64,000 nt of DNA, from assembly GCA_963783375.1 (NCBI GenBank), contig CAWANH010000029.1:448001-512000 (forward strand), given 5' to 3'. The first letter of the stretch is position 1. Each line of letters starts with the position of its first letter. Below, piece by piece: positions 32,940-43,318 of this stretch. The position numbers and the translations under genes were made by a program. The DNA is from Candidatus Eiseniibacteriota bacterium. Its GTDB lineage: Bacteria; Eisenbacteria; RBG-16-71-46; JABDJR01. Under the pieces are notes generated by a model. The model did no database searches. It saw only the letters and a list, made by a program, of their open reading frames with translations, and was not told the origin of the DNA.

Positions 32940-33650
32940 CTACTTCAGGACCGTGGCCTTCTTGATGTAGTCGAGCTTGGGGAAATCGCCGGCCAGGTAC
33001 TCGTTCCCCCGGGTCATGATGAGCCCCTGGCTCGGGCCCTTTCCCCGGGGCGCGCCTTCGCCGTAGCCCCCGTAGAGGGAGTCCACCACGTCCATCCCCT
33101 CCACCACGTGTCCGAACGGGGCGAAGCCCTGCTTGTCCAGCCCGCCGTTGGCCTTGAAGTTGATGAAGAACTGGGTGGTGCGCGAGTTCGGCCGTCCGGT
33201 CATGGCGAAGGTGATCGTCCCGCGGGCGTTGGTGGTCTTGACCGGATCGTCGGGAATGCCCGCGTCGGTCCAGGCCTGGTTCAGGGCGGGGTCGCCGCTC
33301 ATCCCGAACTGGGCCATGAACCCGGGGATGACCCGGAAGAAGCGGACCTCGTTGAACCAGCCGTTCCGGACGAGGTTGTAGAACCGGTCGGCGCCGTGGG
33401 GCGAGAGGGCCCGGTCGACCTCGACCACGATGTCCCCCTTGGTGGTCTCGAACTTGACCTGGAAGGAGTCGGGAGCGGTCTTGTTCATCTCCGGCGACTT
33501 GGGGTCGAGGAGCGGACTCTTGGCCTTGGCCACCTCCGCCATCCTGGGGGCGGGCTTCTGCGCGGGCTTCCCCGATTCCTGGGCCAGGGCGGGGAGGGCA
33601 GCCAGAGCCAGGACGGCGCCGGCGAGGAGGAGCGAATGAATCCGTTTCAT
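32940..33650 (-). CDS. Periplasmic cyclophilin-type peptidyl-prolyl isomerase
   Basis: Signal peptide MKRIHSLLLAG; 'FFRVIPGFMAQFG', 'N.RGTITFA', 'RTTQFFIN', 'FAPFG.VVEGMDVVD'. Confidence 0.92.
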   Translation of the reverse strand: MKRIHSLLLAGAVLALAALPALAQESGKPAQKPAPRMAEVAKAKSPLLDPKSPEMNKTAPDSFQVKFETTKGDIVVEVDRALSPHGADRFYNLVRNGWFNEVRFFRVIPGFMAQFGMSGDPALNQAWTDAGIPDDPVKTTNARGTITFAMTGRPNSRTTQFFINFKANGGLDKQGFAPFGHVVEGMDVVDSLYGGYGEGAPRGKGPSQGLIMTRGNEYLAGDFPKLDYIKKATVLK

Positions 33651-33839
33651 GGTTTCCTTTCCTTGCATCGGGGTTCGAAGAGGTTCCAAGTCCGTACCGC
33701 CGGCTCCCGCGGCGGATTCCCGGCCGGACGTCCGAGGACGCCGATCCGGCGCGGGAGGGCGGTCGAACCCGACCGCGAAGTATAGCAAGCGCCGCCGTGC
33801 CGGCTAGGCCCGCGCGTGGCCTCCTGGTATCCTGCCCGG

Positions 33840-34757
33840 ATGCAGACGCGCGTTCCCGTCTTCCTGGACTATCTCCGGTCCGCCCGGCGCTACTCGCCGC
33901 ACACCGTGGCCGCCTACCGCCGGGACCTGGCCGATTTCGAGCGCTTCCTCGCCGGCCGCCGCGGAGAGTCCCCGCGGGCGGAGTCGGTGACCGAGGAGGA
34001 CGTCCGCCACTACCTGCGCCAGCTCACCCGCCGCGGTCTCGCCGCCCGCACCGTGGCCCGCCGCCTGGCCAGCCTCAAGGCCTTCCGGAAGTACCTGGAG
34101 CGGCGGGGCGCCGCCGCCCCGGAGCTGGGCCCGGACCTCAAGGGGCCCAAGCTCCCCAAGCGCCTGCCGCCTTTCCTGAGCGAGGGGGAACTGGCCGGCC
34201 TCCTGGACGGCCCGGGCTGGGAGGACGAGGCGCGGCCCGTTCGCGACCGGGCCATCCTGGAGCTCTTCTACGGCACCGGCATCCGCCTCTCCGAGCTGGT
34301 GGGGCTCCGGGTGCGGGACCTCGATCTTTCTGCCGGCCTGATCCAGGTGCGGGGGAAGGGGAACCGCGAGCGGCGGGTCCCGGTAGGGGAGAAGGCCCTG
34401 GAAGCCCTGGCCGCCTACCGCGCGGAGATCGCCGCCGCCGAGGCCTCGGCCCGCGCGCCGGAGAGCCCGGTCTTTCCCGGACGGAAGGGAGCGATCTCCC
34501 CCCGCACCGTCCAGCGCATCGTGACCCACCATCTCCGGCGGATCGCCCGGCGGGCCCGGCTCTCGCCGCATCTCCTGCGGCATACCTTCGCCACCCATCT
34601 CCTGGACCGCGGGGCCGACCTCCGCGCCGTCCAGGAACTCCTGGGACACGCCTCGTTGGGCAGCACCCAGATCTACACCCACATCACCATGGACCGGCTC
34701 CGCTCCGCGCACGCCCTGGCGCATCCGCGGGGGAGCGGCAAGGACGGGGGCTCATGA
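33840..34757 (+). CDS. xerC: Tyrosine recombinase XerC
   Basis: 'S.HT..AY.RDL', 'RDRAILELFYGTGIRLSELVGL', 'GKGNRER.VP', 'HLLRHTFATHLLDRGADLRAVQELLGHASL.STQIYTH'. Confidence 0.85.
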   Translation: MQTRVPVFLDYLRSARRYSPHTVAAYRRDLADFERFLAGRRGESPRAESVTEEDVRHYLRQLTRRGLAARTVARRLASLKAFRKYLERRGAAAPELGPDLKGPKLPKRLPPFLSEGELAGLLDGPGWEDEARPVRDRAILELFYGTGIRLSELVGLRVRDLDLSAGLIQVRGKGNRERRVPVGEKALEALAAYRAEIAAAEASARAPESPVFPGRKGAISPRTVQRIVTHHLRRIARRARLSPHLLRHTFATHLLDRGADLRAVQELLGHASLGSTQIYTHITMDRLRSAHALAHPRGSGKDGGS

Positions 34758-35680
34758 GCAAACGCGATTTCCTGACCGTGACCGATCTCACCACCGCCGA
34801 ACTCGAGGACACGCTCGAGCTGGCCGCGACCCTGAAACGCGAGCACCGGGAGGGACGGCAACGCACCCCGATGCGGGGCAAGGTGCTCGGGCTCGTCTTC
34901 CACAAGCCGAGCCTTCGCACCCGGGTCTCCTTCGAGAGCGGCTTCGCGCGGTTGGGGGGCTACGCCATCTACATCTCCAGCCAGGAGATCGGTATGGGCA
35001 CCCGGGAATCGGTGGGGGACATCGCGCGGGTGCTCTCCCGCTACGTGGACGGGATCATGATCCGCACCTTCTCCCACGCCTGGGTGGAGGAGCTGGCCAC
35101 CGAGGCCACCGTCCCCATCGTGAACGGGCTCACCGACAGTTTCCACCCCTGCCAGATCCTGGCCGATCTGCAGACGGTGAGGGAGAGTTTTCCGGCCCTG
35201 GAGGGCCGCCGGGTGGTGTTCGTGGGGGACGGCAACAACGTGGCCCGGTCGTGGATGAACGCGGCCCGGCGGCTGCCGTTCCAGCTCGTCCTGGCCTGCC
35301 CCGAGGGCTACGAGCCCGACGCGGAGTTCCTGGCTGAAGTGCGGAACGACACCGGAGACCGGGTCCGGATCGTTCACGACCCCGCCCGGGCGGTGGACGG
35401 CGCCCACGTGATCTACACCGACGTCTGGGCCTCCATGGGGCAGGAGCAGGAGAAGGAGGCGCGGGCCAGGATCTTCGAGCCCTTCCAGGTGAATGCGAAG
35501 CTCCTGGCCGGGGCGGCCGGGGACGCGATCGTGCTCCACTGCCTGCCGGCCCACCGGGGGGACGAGATCACCGATGAGGTGCTCGACGGACCCCGCTCCC
35601 GGGTGTTCGACCAGGCCGAAAACCGGATGCACGCCCAGAACGCGCTCCTCGTCCGCCTTCTGGCCGAGCCCTGGCGCTGA
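34754..35680 (+). CDS. argF: Ornithine carbamoyltransferase
   Basis: 'F.KPSLRTR.SF', 'NGLTD..HPCQ.LAD', 'GDGNNVA', 'TDVW.SMG', 'HCLPAHRG', 'QAENR'. Confidence 0.92.
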   Translation: MSKRDFLTVTDLTTAELEDTLELAATLKREHREGRQRTPMRGKVLGLVFHKPSLRTRVSFESGFARLGGYAIYISSQEIGMGTRESVGDIARVLSRYVDGIMIRTFSHAWVEELATEATVPIVNGLTDSFHPCQILADLQTVRESFPALEGRRVVFVGDGNNVARSWMNAARRLPFQLVLACPEGYEPDAEFLAEVRNDTGDRVRIVHDPARAVDGAHVIYTDVWASMGQEQEKEARARIFEPFQVNAKLLAGAAGDAIVLHCLPAHRGDEITDEVLDGPRSRVFDQAENRMHAQNALLVRLLAEPWR

Positions 35681-35688
35681 TTCCCGCG

Positions 35689-36837
35689 ATGCGCCGGATC
35701 TCCGACGGGGAGGTGGACGGGAGCGGGGTCGCTCCACCCCAGGGCGCCGGGCACCCGGGGCGGCGCGCGATGGGGTTCACCGGAGCCACGGCGGTCCTGG
35801 TGGCGCTGGCCGCCTGCGCCCGGCCCGGCCTCCCCCCCGGCGGCCCCGCCGACGTCACCCCGCCCCGCGTGGTCGCGGTCACCCCCGAGAGCCTGGCCGT
35901 GAACGTGCCGGTGAACGCCCCGATCGTCGTCACCTTCAGCGAGCGGGTGGACCGCACGAACCTGGAGTCCGCGATCTGGGTCACCCCCCGGGGGCTGGTG
36001 AAGCCCAAGCTGTCCTACGACGGCGAGTCGGTCCGGATCGAGTCGGCGGCTCCGTTTCCCGAGTCGACCACGGTCGGGGTGCTCCTCACCACGGTGATCA
36101 AGGACCGGCGTCGGGGCACCGCCCAGAACGTGCTTCAGCGCCCCCATCGCTGGGTCTTCTCGACCGGGGACTCGATCTGGCCGGGCCGGGTGTCGGGGAA
36201 GGTGGACCAGGTGGGGATGACCGGCCCCGGGGGGACCGCGCGGGGTCAGGTTCTGGTGGCGCTCTATCCCGGCGATGCGGACACCGTGCCTGCGCCCGGG
36301 TCCATGCCGCCCACCGCGATCACCCAGGCGCTGGCCGACGGGAGCTACCTCATGAACGGCCTTCCCGTCGACGGTCGCCGGCGCTGGCTCATCGCCATGC
36401 TGGACCTGAACGGGAACCGCGAGATCTCGGGGTCGGGGGAGTTTGCGAGCGCCAGCCCGGAGTCGGTAGTGTTGACTCCGGATCGCCCCGACACCGTGGT
36501 GGCGCTTCGCCTGGTGAACCCCGCTGCCCCCGGCGAGGTGAGCGGGTCCTTCACCCGCGCCCCGGGGGACACGGTGGACCTGTGGACGGCGCTGTTCGAG
36601 GTCGGAGCCGATTCCACCGCCCGTCCCTCGGTCCAGGCCCGCGTGGACTCCACCGGGAGCTTCACCGCGACCCGGGTCCCTCCGGGGGAGTACCGGCTCC
36701 GGGCGTTCTGCGACGCGGACCGGAACGGGAAGCGCGGCCGGGAGGAGCCGTGGACGGTCTACAGCATCCGGGTCACGGTCGAGCCGGCGTCGAAGTTCGA
36801 CGTGGGGACCCTGACCCCGCCGGATTGTCGCCGATGA
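35689..36837 (+). CDS. Ig-like (Big_5) domain lipoprotein
   Basis: Lipobox 'LAAC' followed by 'A.PG.P.GGP.D.TPP.V', 'I.VTFSE.VD', EF-hand-like 'D.NGN'. Alternative start at 35770. Confidence 0.72.
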   Translation: MRRISDGEVDGSGVAPPQGAGHPGRRAMGFTGATAVLVALAACARPGLPPGGPADVTPPRVVAVTPESLAVNVPVNAPIVVTFSERVDRTNLESAIWVTPRGLVKPKLSYDGESVRIESAAPFPESTTVGVLLTTVIKDRRRGTAQNVLQRPHRWVFSTGDSIWPGRVSGKVDQVGMTGPGGTARGQVLVALYPGDADTVPAPGSMPPTAITQALADGSYLMNGLPVDGRRRWLIAMLDLNGNREISGSGEFASASPESVVLTPDRPDTVVALRLVNPAAPGEVSGSFTRAPGDTVDLWTALFEVGADSTARPSVQARVDSTGSFTATRVPPGEYRLRAFCDADRNGKRGREEPWTVYSIRVTVEPASKFDVGTLTPPDCRR

Positions 36838-36931
36838 GCCGCGGGGAATGCCCGCGACCGATTCAATCTACCGCGCCCGGGGCGATTCCCGGGGCCGCGG
36901 TCGCCGCCTCGAGGCCGGAAGGGAGGTCATG

Positions 36932-37810
36932 ATGTTCGAAGGTATATCGGTAGCCCTGGTCACCCCGTTCAGGAACGGTGAGGTGGACGAGGACGCGCTT
37001 CGCGGGCTCGTGCGCCACGTGCTGGGACAAGGCGTGGATGGACTGGTGCCGACCGGTTCCACCGGCGAAGCCGCCGCGCTCACGGAACAGGAACGGGAGC
37101 GGGTTTGGCGCATCGTGGTGGAGGAAGCGAAGGGAAAGGCGTTCGTGGTGGCGGGCACCGGCACCAACGTCACCCGCACCTCGATCGAGATCACCCGGCG
37201 GGCGGCGGAGCTGGGGGTGGACGGCTGCATGCTTTCGGCGCCCTACTACAACAAGCCGACCCCGAAGGGGCTCGTGGCGCACTTCACCGCGGTGGCCGAG
37301 GCGGTGGACGTTCCCCTTGTGGTCTACAACGTCCCCGGACGGACCGCGGTGAACATTCTGCCCGCCACGGTGATCGAGCTGGCGCGCCACCCGCGGATTC
37401 GGGCGGTCAAGGAGGCCTCGGGGTCCCTGGACCAGGCCACCGAGATCCTGGCCGGTTGCGACATCACCGTGCTCTCCGGAGACGACTCGCTGACCCTGCC
37501 CATGGTCGCGGTCGGGGCCAAGGGAGTGGTCTCGGTGGCCGGACACCTGGTGGGGCGAGAGATGAAGGAGATGCTCACCCTGGCCGCGGCGGGGAAGCCG
37601 GCCGAGGCCGCGGCCATTCATCGCCGCATCTTCCCCCTGATCAAGGCGCTCTTCCTGGAGTCCAACCCCGCCCCGCTCAAAGCGGCTCTGGCCCGGTTGG
37701 GGATCATCTCGAACGAGCTCCGGCTTCCGCTGGTGCCGGTGGGGGAGGGGACGGCCGAGGCTCTTGCCCGGGCCATGGATGCCCTGGGGATTGCGGCGGT
37801 TCGGGCGTAA
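36932..37810 (+). CDS. dapA: 4-hydroxy-tetrahydrodipicolinate synthase
   Basis: 'ALVTPF', 'GSTGE', 'PYYNKP', 'YNVPGRT', 'KEASG', 'LSGDD', 'SNP.P.K'. Confidence 0.95.
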   Translation: MFEGISVALVTPFRNGEVDEDALRGLVRHVLGQGVDGLVPTGSTGEAAALTEQERERVWRIVVEEAKGKAFVVAGTGTNVTRTSIEITRRAAELGVDGCMLSAPYYNKPTPKGLVAHFTAVAEAVDVPLVVYNVPGRTAVNILPATVIELARHPRIRAVKEASGSLDQATEILAGCDITVLSGDDSLTLPMVAVGAKGVVSVAGHLVGREMKEMLTLAAAGKPAEAAAIHRRIFPLIKALFLESNPAPLKAALARLGIISNELRLPLVPVGEGTAEALARAMDALGIAAVRA

Positions 37811-37851
37811 GGCGGCCCGCGGACGGGGAACGGACGACTTACCGGGATCCC

Positions 37852-37871
37852 GGCCCCCCCGTCGGGGGGCT
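37852..37871. terminator. Hairpin between convergent dapA and rpsT
   Basis: GGCCCCCC-CGTC-GGGGGGCT. Confidence 0.35.
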
Positions 37872-37897
37872 ATCGCCGTCCGTCCGGACCCGGAGGA

Positions 37898-38152
37898 TCA
37901 GGAGGCGGGGGTCTTGACCACGCGGCGGGCGGTACGGGACTTGAGCCGGTTGGCGCGAGCCTTGGGAATGATCCCCTTTCGGACGGCGACATCGAGCTGG
38001 CTGTAGACCTCGGGGACCCCCACCGAGCCCCCGTCCTCTCCGGTGCGATTCCGCTTCAACTGCTTGCGCAGATTGGACTTGACCGCGGTATTCCGCTGGC
38101 GGGACTTCTCGTTGGTCTTGAGCCGTTTGGTAGCCGACTTGTGGTGCGGCAT
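37898..38152 (-). CDS. rpsT: 30S ribosomal protein S20
   Basis: 'MPHHKSA.KR.K.NEK.R.RN..VKS', 'LD.AV.KG.I.K..A.R.KSR'. Confidence 0.93.
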   Translation of the reverse strand: MPHHKSATKRLKTNEKSRQRNTAVKSNLRKQLKRNRTGEDGGSVGVPEVYSQLDVAVRKGIIPKARANRLKSRTARRVVKTPAS

Positions 38153-38209
38153 GAAATTCCTCCGTATCGGCGGGGAATCGACGCTCCCGCCCGTTTGAAA
38201 CGAGGGGGG

Positions 38210-38238
38210 AGTCTAGCAACCGGGAAACCCCCTGTCAA
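38210..38238 (-). promoter_or_regulatory. sigma70 promoter of rpsT
   Basis: Minus strand TTGACA-17 nt-TAGACT with an extended TG. Confidence 0.6.
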
Positions 38239-38321
38239 ACCCACGGTTCCTTCAAGATGGGGCCCCCCAGGCCGATACCTGGGACAGGAACACCGTCGGT
38301 CCTTGTTGACCTGGGACACCC

Positions 38322-41300
38322 ATGGCGCATACCCAAAAACCCACGCACGAGCCGTCTCCGCCGACTGCCTTCGGGGCCGGGGGCGGCGTCCCCCTGCTTC
38401 ATCCCCAGGAGACACTCCAGTCCCTGCTGAACGCGTTGAGGGACGAGATCGGCTGCGAGCGGGTCTCGGTGGCAATGAACCAGGTGGACGAGGGCCGGCT
38501 GCACCACCGCATCCTGGCCGCGAGCGGGGATGCGCCCCTGTTTCCCGCCGGGTGGGTCCGGGAAGATCCCGAGGTCCTGGACGCGGGCGAGATCCCCGCC
38601 TACGTCGAGGAACAGGTCCACCTGGATCTGGCCGCGGAGGAGAACCGGCATCCGTTGGAAGACGTGCTGGTCGCCGCCGGCTACGGTTCCTACGCCCTGT
38701 TTCCCCTCATCAGCGAAGGCAAACCGTTCGGCACCCTGCATCTGGTGAGCCGGCGGCCCGGGTTCTTCACCGACCCGGTACGGGAGCGCGCCCGGGCGTC
38801 CCTGGAAGCTCTGGCCGCGGTGACCCAGCACCTGGTGCTCCTTCGCCGCCATCGTCAGCAATCACACTTTCTCGCCATCGCCCAGGAGCTCATCGAGGAT
38901 CTGGGGGCGGTCACGCGCATTCGCGAGACCTGCCAGTACATCACCCGCCGCATGACCGAGCTCCTGGACGTGGACCGCGCCGCCCTCTACCTGGTGAACG
39001 GGGAGGCCACCTGGCTCACCTGCGAAGCGCTCCAGGACCGGGCCGACGACGGGGGGAGCGACCACGGGCTCCTGCCCAGCCTCCGGATCGAGAGCACTCC
39101 GGTCCTCGGCAGGGTCCTGAAGGGCACGCCCATCTCGCTCATGGATCCCTCGGAGCAGCTGGCCCTGCCCCAGGCGGTGAGCGAACGGCTGGGCCTCCAG
39201 GATACCGGCGCTCTACTTCTGGTTCCGATCCTCCAGGGGGAATCCCCCATGGGGGTGCTCCTCTGCCAGCGCCGGGAAACCCGTCCGATCATCCTCTCCG
39301 AGGAGAAGGATTCGGTCCGCCTCCTCGGGCACCAGATCGGCCTCATCCTTCACAGCCGCCAGGCGGTGGAGAGCCGGGAGCGGAGTGCGAAGAACTTCGC
39401 CGAACTCCTGGACATGAGTCACGCCGTGAGTTCCACCGTGGACCTGAGCCAGGTGCCGGGGGTGGTGGCCCGCCGGGCCCGGGATCTCTGCGAAGCCGAC
39501 GAAGCCACCCTGTTCCTGCTCGAGCCGGACGGGGTCACGCTCCGACCGGCGGTCTGTCTGGGGGCCTACACCGAGCAGGTGATGAAGGTCCGCCTCCGGG
39601 TGGGGGAGGGAATCACCGGCACGGTGGCCGCGCGGCGAAAGGGCGAGATCATCAACCGGGCGGAGCTCGATCCCCGCTCCATGCAGATCCCGGACACCCC
39701 GCTGGAACCCGAGGCCGTTCTGGCCGTGCCCCTGGTGAGCGGCGACCGTCTGGAAGGGGTCCTCACCCTGCACAAGCTCGAAGGCCGGACCTTCGACCCC
39801 GTGGATCTGGATACGGTGGAGATCTTCTCCAGCGCCGCGGCCATCGCCATCGCGAACGCGCGGCTCTTCGCGGGCATTCGGGAGGAACGCACCCGGTTGA
39901 TCACCATGCTTCACCACATGGAGGAGGGGGTGATCTTTGCGGGAAAGAACGGCAACGTCCTCCTGCTCAACACCGCCGCCCGGCGCATGCTGAACCTGCG
40001 GGAAGGAGAGTATGAGGGGAAACCCCTCGCCGATCTTCTCCAGGGACCGGATTTCCAGGTGGTGCGGGAAGCTCTCGACCGGGTACGGGCGGAAGAGGAG
40101 CGGAACGTAACCCAGGAGTACACCATCCGCGGTCGCACCTCCCTCTGCTCGGTGTCCTCGGTGCACACCGGGGATGAGGACGATCGGTTGGGGGAGGTCC
40201 TCCTGTTCAAGGATGTGACCGACCTCAAGGAGATCGAGAACCAGCTACTCCAGTCCAGCAAGATGTCCGCAGTGGGACAGCTTGCCGCCGGGGTGGCCCA
40301 CGAGTTCAACAACCTCATCGCCTCGATCTACGGTTATGCCCAGTTCATGAAGGAGCACAAGGATCCGGCGGTGGTCGAGAAGGGCGTCGACGTGATCCTG
40401 CGCTCCTCGGAGCGGGCGCGGGAGCTGACCTCGAGCCTCCTCACCTTCAGTCGCCGGCGACCCGGACGGCGGGAGCCGGTGGACCTGAACCAGATTCTCA
40501 CCGACACCCTCCTGCTCCTGAACCGCCAGTTCGAGAAGTCGGGGATCCGGGTGGAACGTGAGGCCGGCCGGCTCCCCCTGACCGTGGCCGATCCCGGGAA
40601 GATGCAGCAGGTCCTGCTGAACCTCCTCATCAACGCCCAGCAGGCCATGGCCGGCGGCGGAAAACTCACCGTCCGAACCGGCGTCGAAGGGGGGAACCTG
40701 GAAATCCGGGTCGACGACACCGGCCCCGGAATCAAGGCCGAGCACCTGGCACGGATTTTCGAACCGTTCTTCACCACCAAGGGGGCCCTGTCCGGGGCCA
40801 AGACCCCGGGCACCGGTCTGGGCCTCTCCACCGCCTACAACATCGTCCGCGATCACGGGGGAACCATCCGGGTGAACAGCGCTCCCGGGGCCGGCGCCTC
40901 TTTCGTGGTGACCCTCCCCACCCGCACCCTTCACGAGCGGCGGGAGGAAGAAGAGGGCCCCCGGCTTCCCCGGAGCCTGGGCGCCACCGGGCGCATCCTG
41001 GTGGTGGACGACGACGCCACCCTCCGGGAACTGGTGGGGGAGATCCTGCAAGGGCTGGGGCACCAGATAGAGTACGCGGGAGAGGGTCTCCGCGCCGCCC
41101 ACCTCCTGGAGCACGAGGCCACCGACCTGCTCATCATCAGCCAGGCCCTGAGCGGGCTCGACAGCATGGAAATCTACCGGCGCGTCCGGTCCCGCCGGCC
41201 CCAGTTCCCGGTGATCTTCATCACCGACCGGACCTCGGGGACTCCCCTGGAGGCGGACGGCGACCCCTGGGTATTCCGGCTCAACAAACCCTTCCGGAAC

Positions 41301-41360
41301 CGGGACCTTATCGCCCTGGTGTCCCGGGTCCTCACCCAGAGCCTCCGCCGCGCGGGTTGA
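38322..41360 (+). CDS. Cytoplasmic hybrid sensor histidine kinase (GAF x3, PAS, HisKA, HATPase, REC-like)
   Basis: H-box 'GQLAAGVAHEFNN', N-box 'QVLLNLLINA', 'DTGPGI', 'FEPFFTTK', 'GTGLGL', C-terminal 'RILVVDDD...KPF'. Confidence 0.9.
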   Translation: MAHTQKPTHEPSPPTAFGAGGGVPLLHPQETLQSLLNALRDEIGCERVSVAMNQVDEGRLHHRILAASGDAPLFPAGWVREDPEVLDAGEIPAYVEEQVHLDLAAEENRHPLEDVLVAAGYGSYALFPLISEGKPFGTLHLVSRRPGFFTDPVRERARASLEALAAVTQHLVLLRRHRQQSHFLAIAQELIEDLGAVTRIRETCQYITRRMTELLDVDRAALYLVNGEATWLTCEALQDRADDGGSDHGLLPSLRIESTPVLGRVLKGTPISLMDPSEQLALPQAVSERLGLQDTGALLLVPILQGESPMGVLLCQRRETRPIILSEEKDSVRLLGHQIGLILHSRQAVESRERSAKNFAELLDMSHAVSSTVDLSQVPGVVARRARDLCEADEATLFLLEPDGVTLRPAVCLGAYTEQVMKVRLRVGEGITGTVAARRKGEIINRAELDPRSMQIPDTPLEPEAVLAVPLVSGDRLEGVLTLHKLEGRTFDPVDLDTVEIFSSAAAIAIANARLFAGIREERTRLITMLHHMEEGVIFAGKNGNVLLLNTAARRMLNLREGEYEGKPLADLLQGPDFQVVREALDRVRAEEERNVTQEYTIRGRTSLCSVSSVHTGDEDDRLGEVLLFKDVTDLKEIENQLLQSSKMSAVGQLAAGVAHEFNNLIASIYGYAQFMKEHKDPAVVEKGVDVILRSSERARELTSSLLTFSRRRPGRREPVDLNQILTDTLLLLNRQFEKSGIRVEREAGRLPLTVADPGKMQQVLLNLLINAQQAMAGGGKLTVRTGVEGGNLEIRVDDTGPGIKAEHLARIFEPFFTTKGALSGAKTPGTGLGLSTAYNIVRDHGGTIRVNSAPGAGASFVVTLPTRTLHERREEEEGPRLPRSLGATGRILVVDDDATLRELVGEILQGLGHQIEYAGEGLRAAHLLEHEATDLLIISQALSGLDSMEIYRRVRSRRPQFPVIFITDRTSGTPLEADGDPWVFRLNKPFRNRDLIALVSRVLTQSLRRAG

Positions 41361-41485
41361 GCCGGTCCCCCGGCGCTTCCGGCCCGATTCCTCCCCATTC
41401 GACTAGGCTCCGCTTGCCCCGTCCGGTATAATATTTGGTCACTCTTGGCGGTGCATCCCTCACCGCCGGCGAGGAAGACCACCCC

Positions 41486-43318
41486 ATGCCGGATCTAGCC
41501 CAGAAACTGGCCCGCTTGCCCCGTCGGTCCGGGGTTTACCTCATGAAGGACCGTCACGGGAAGATCCTCTACGTCGGGAAGGCCAAGCGGCTGGACCACC
41601 GGGTGCGCTCGTATTTCCAGGCCGGCGGGACCGACCACCCCAAGCAGGCCGCCCTGGTGTCGCGAATCCACGACGTGGAAACCATCGTCACCGACTCCGA
41701 TGTGGAAGCGCTCCTCCTGGAGATGACCCTGATCAAGGAGAAGCGCCCCGCCTACAACATCCGCCTGAAGGACGACAAGCGCTTCCCCTTCCTCAAGATC
41801 ACCCTGGGCGAGGACTACCCCAAGGCGGTGATCACCCGGCGCACCCCCCGGGACGGCTCGCGCTACTTCGGTCCCTACACCGACGCCGGGGCCCTCCGCC
41901 GGACCCTCAAGATGGTGCGCTCCATCTTCCCAATCCGCTCCTGCATGGGAGAGCGTCCCGGGCGCGGCCCCCACTACCGGGAATGCCTGGACTTCCACAT
42001 CCACCGGTGCGCCGCCCCCTGCATCGGAGAGATCACGCGGGAGGAGTACCGGGAGCTGGTGAACCGACTCATCCTCTTTCTGGGCGGGCAGGGGGAGGAG
42101 GTTCTCACCTCGCTCCGGCGGGACATGGCCGAGGCCTCGGCCAAGCTCGATTTCGAGCGGGCGGCCCGGATCCGCGACCGCATCCGCGGGGTGGAGCGGC
42201 TCATGCGCCGCCAGAAGATGCTGGACGCCCACGAGCGGGACCTCGACGTCTTCGCCTTCGCCCGCTCCGAGGACGTGGCCTACGGGGCGGTCCTCCAGGT
42301 TCGGGGGGGGACGGTTCTGGGCAAGGAGACCCGGCGCCTGCGGGGAACCGGCGGCAGCACCGACGCCGAGGTCATGTCTGCGTTCCTTTCCCAGTACTAC
42401 CGCGATCGCGACTCGACCCCCGGGGAGATCCTGGCCGCGGTCGAGCCGGCCGACCGGGACCTGGTGGTCCGGTGGCTCTCGGCGAAGGCCGAGCGCGGAA
42501 TCGAGATCCGGGTGCCCCAGCGCGGGCGATTCGCCGGCCTGGCCCGGCTGGCCGAGGAGAACGCGCGGCTGGACCTGGAGGAGGCGCGGGGGGAGCGTGC
42601 GCGAGGGGGCCTCGAACCGGCGGTCTACGCGCTCCAGAAGGCCATCGACCTTCCGCGCCCCCCGGCCCACATCGAGGGGTTCGACATCTCCAACATCCAG
42701 GGCACGAACCCGGTGGCCTCCATGGTGGTGTTCCGGAACGGAAAGCCGGCCAAGAGCGCCTACCGCCGGTACCGGATGAACTACCCGGAGGGGCCGAACG
42801 ACTTCGCCATGATGGCCGAGGTGGTGGGACGGCGGGCGGCGCGGATCGTGGCCGGCGAGTTCCCGGTGCCGGATCTCATCCTGATCGACGGGGGAGCGGG
42901 GCAGGTCGGAGCCGCGGTGACCGCGCTGGAGCAGGAGGGGCTCGCGGGGGTGCCGGTCGTGGGCCTGGCCAAGCGCGCGGAGGAGATCGTGTTTCCGGGG
43001 GGGCGGAGCACCTTGAGGTTGTCCCGCTCCGACGAGGCGCTCCGGCTCCTCATCCGGGTGCGTGACGAGGCTCACCGGTTCGCGGTGACCTTCCACCGCG
43101 CCCGCCGCGGCAAGGCGGCCCTCGCCTCGCGCCTGGACGCGGTGCCGGGGATCGGGGAGCAGCGGAAGATCCTCCTTCTGAACGCCTTCGGGAGCACCGA
43201 GGCGGTGGAGCGGGCCACTCCCGACGAGCTGGCCGGGGTTCCCGGGATCGGACGAAAGGTGGCGGCCCGGGTCCACGCCGCCCTGCACGAGGGAGAGAGG
43301 GGGTCCGATGCCGCCTAG
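41486..43318 (+). CDS. uvrC: Excinuclease ABC subunit C
   Basis: GIY-YIG 'GVYLMKD..G.ILYVGKAK.L..RV.SYF', 'LKDDK', 'IEGFDIS', 'DLILIDGG.GQ', 'RDEAHRFA', HhH repeats. Confidence 0.96.
   Translation: MPDLAQKLARLPRRSGVYLMKDRHGKILYVGKAKRLDHRVRSYFQAGGTDHPKQAALVSRIHDVETIVTDSDVEALLLEMTLIKEKRPAYNIRLKDDKRFPFLKITLGEDYPKAVITRRTPRDGSRYFGPYTDAGALRRTLKMVRSIFPIRSCMGERPGRGPHYRECLDFHIHRCAAPCIGEITREEYRELVNRLILFLGGQGEEVLTSLRRDMAEASAKLDFERAARIRDRIRGVERLMRRQKMLDAHERDLDVFAFARSEDVAYGAVLQVRGGTVLGKETRRLRGTGGSTDAEVMSAFLSQYYRDRDSTPGEILAAVEPADRDLVVRWLSAKAERGIEIRVPQRGRFAGLARLAEENARLDLEEARGERARGGLEPAVYALQKAIDLPRPPAHIEGFDISNIQGTNPVASMVVFRNGKPAKSAYRRYRMNYPEGPNDFAMMAEVVGRRAARIVAGEFPVPDLILIDGGAGQVGAAVTALEQEGLAGVPVVGLAKRAEEIVFPGGRSTLRLSRSDEALRLLIRVRDEAHRFAVTFHRARRGKAALASRLDAVPGIGEQRKILLLNAFGSTEAVERATPDELAGVPGIGRKVAARVHAALHEGERGSDAA

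Noticed and set aside
34895-34930. SLRT instead of STRT in argF, suggesting an acetyl- or succinyl-ornithine transcarbamylase
   Set aside because: The SMG and HCLP-A-RG ornithine-binding motifs are retained, so this is most simply an ordinary OTCase variant.
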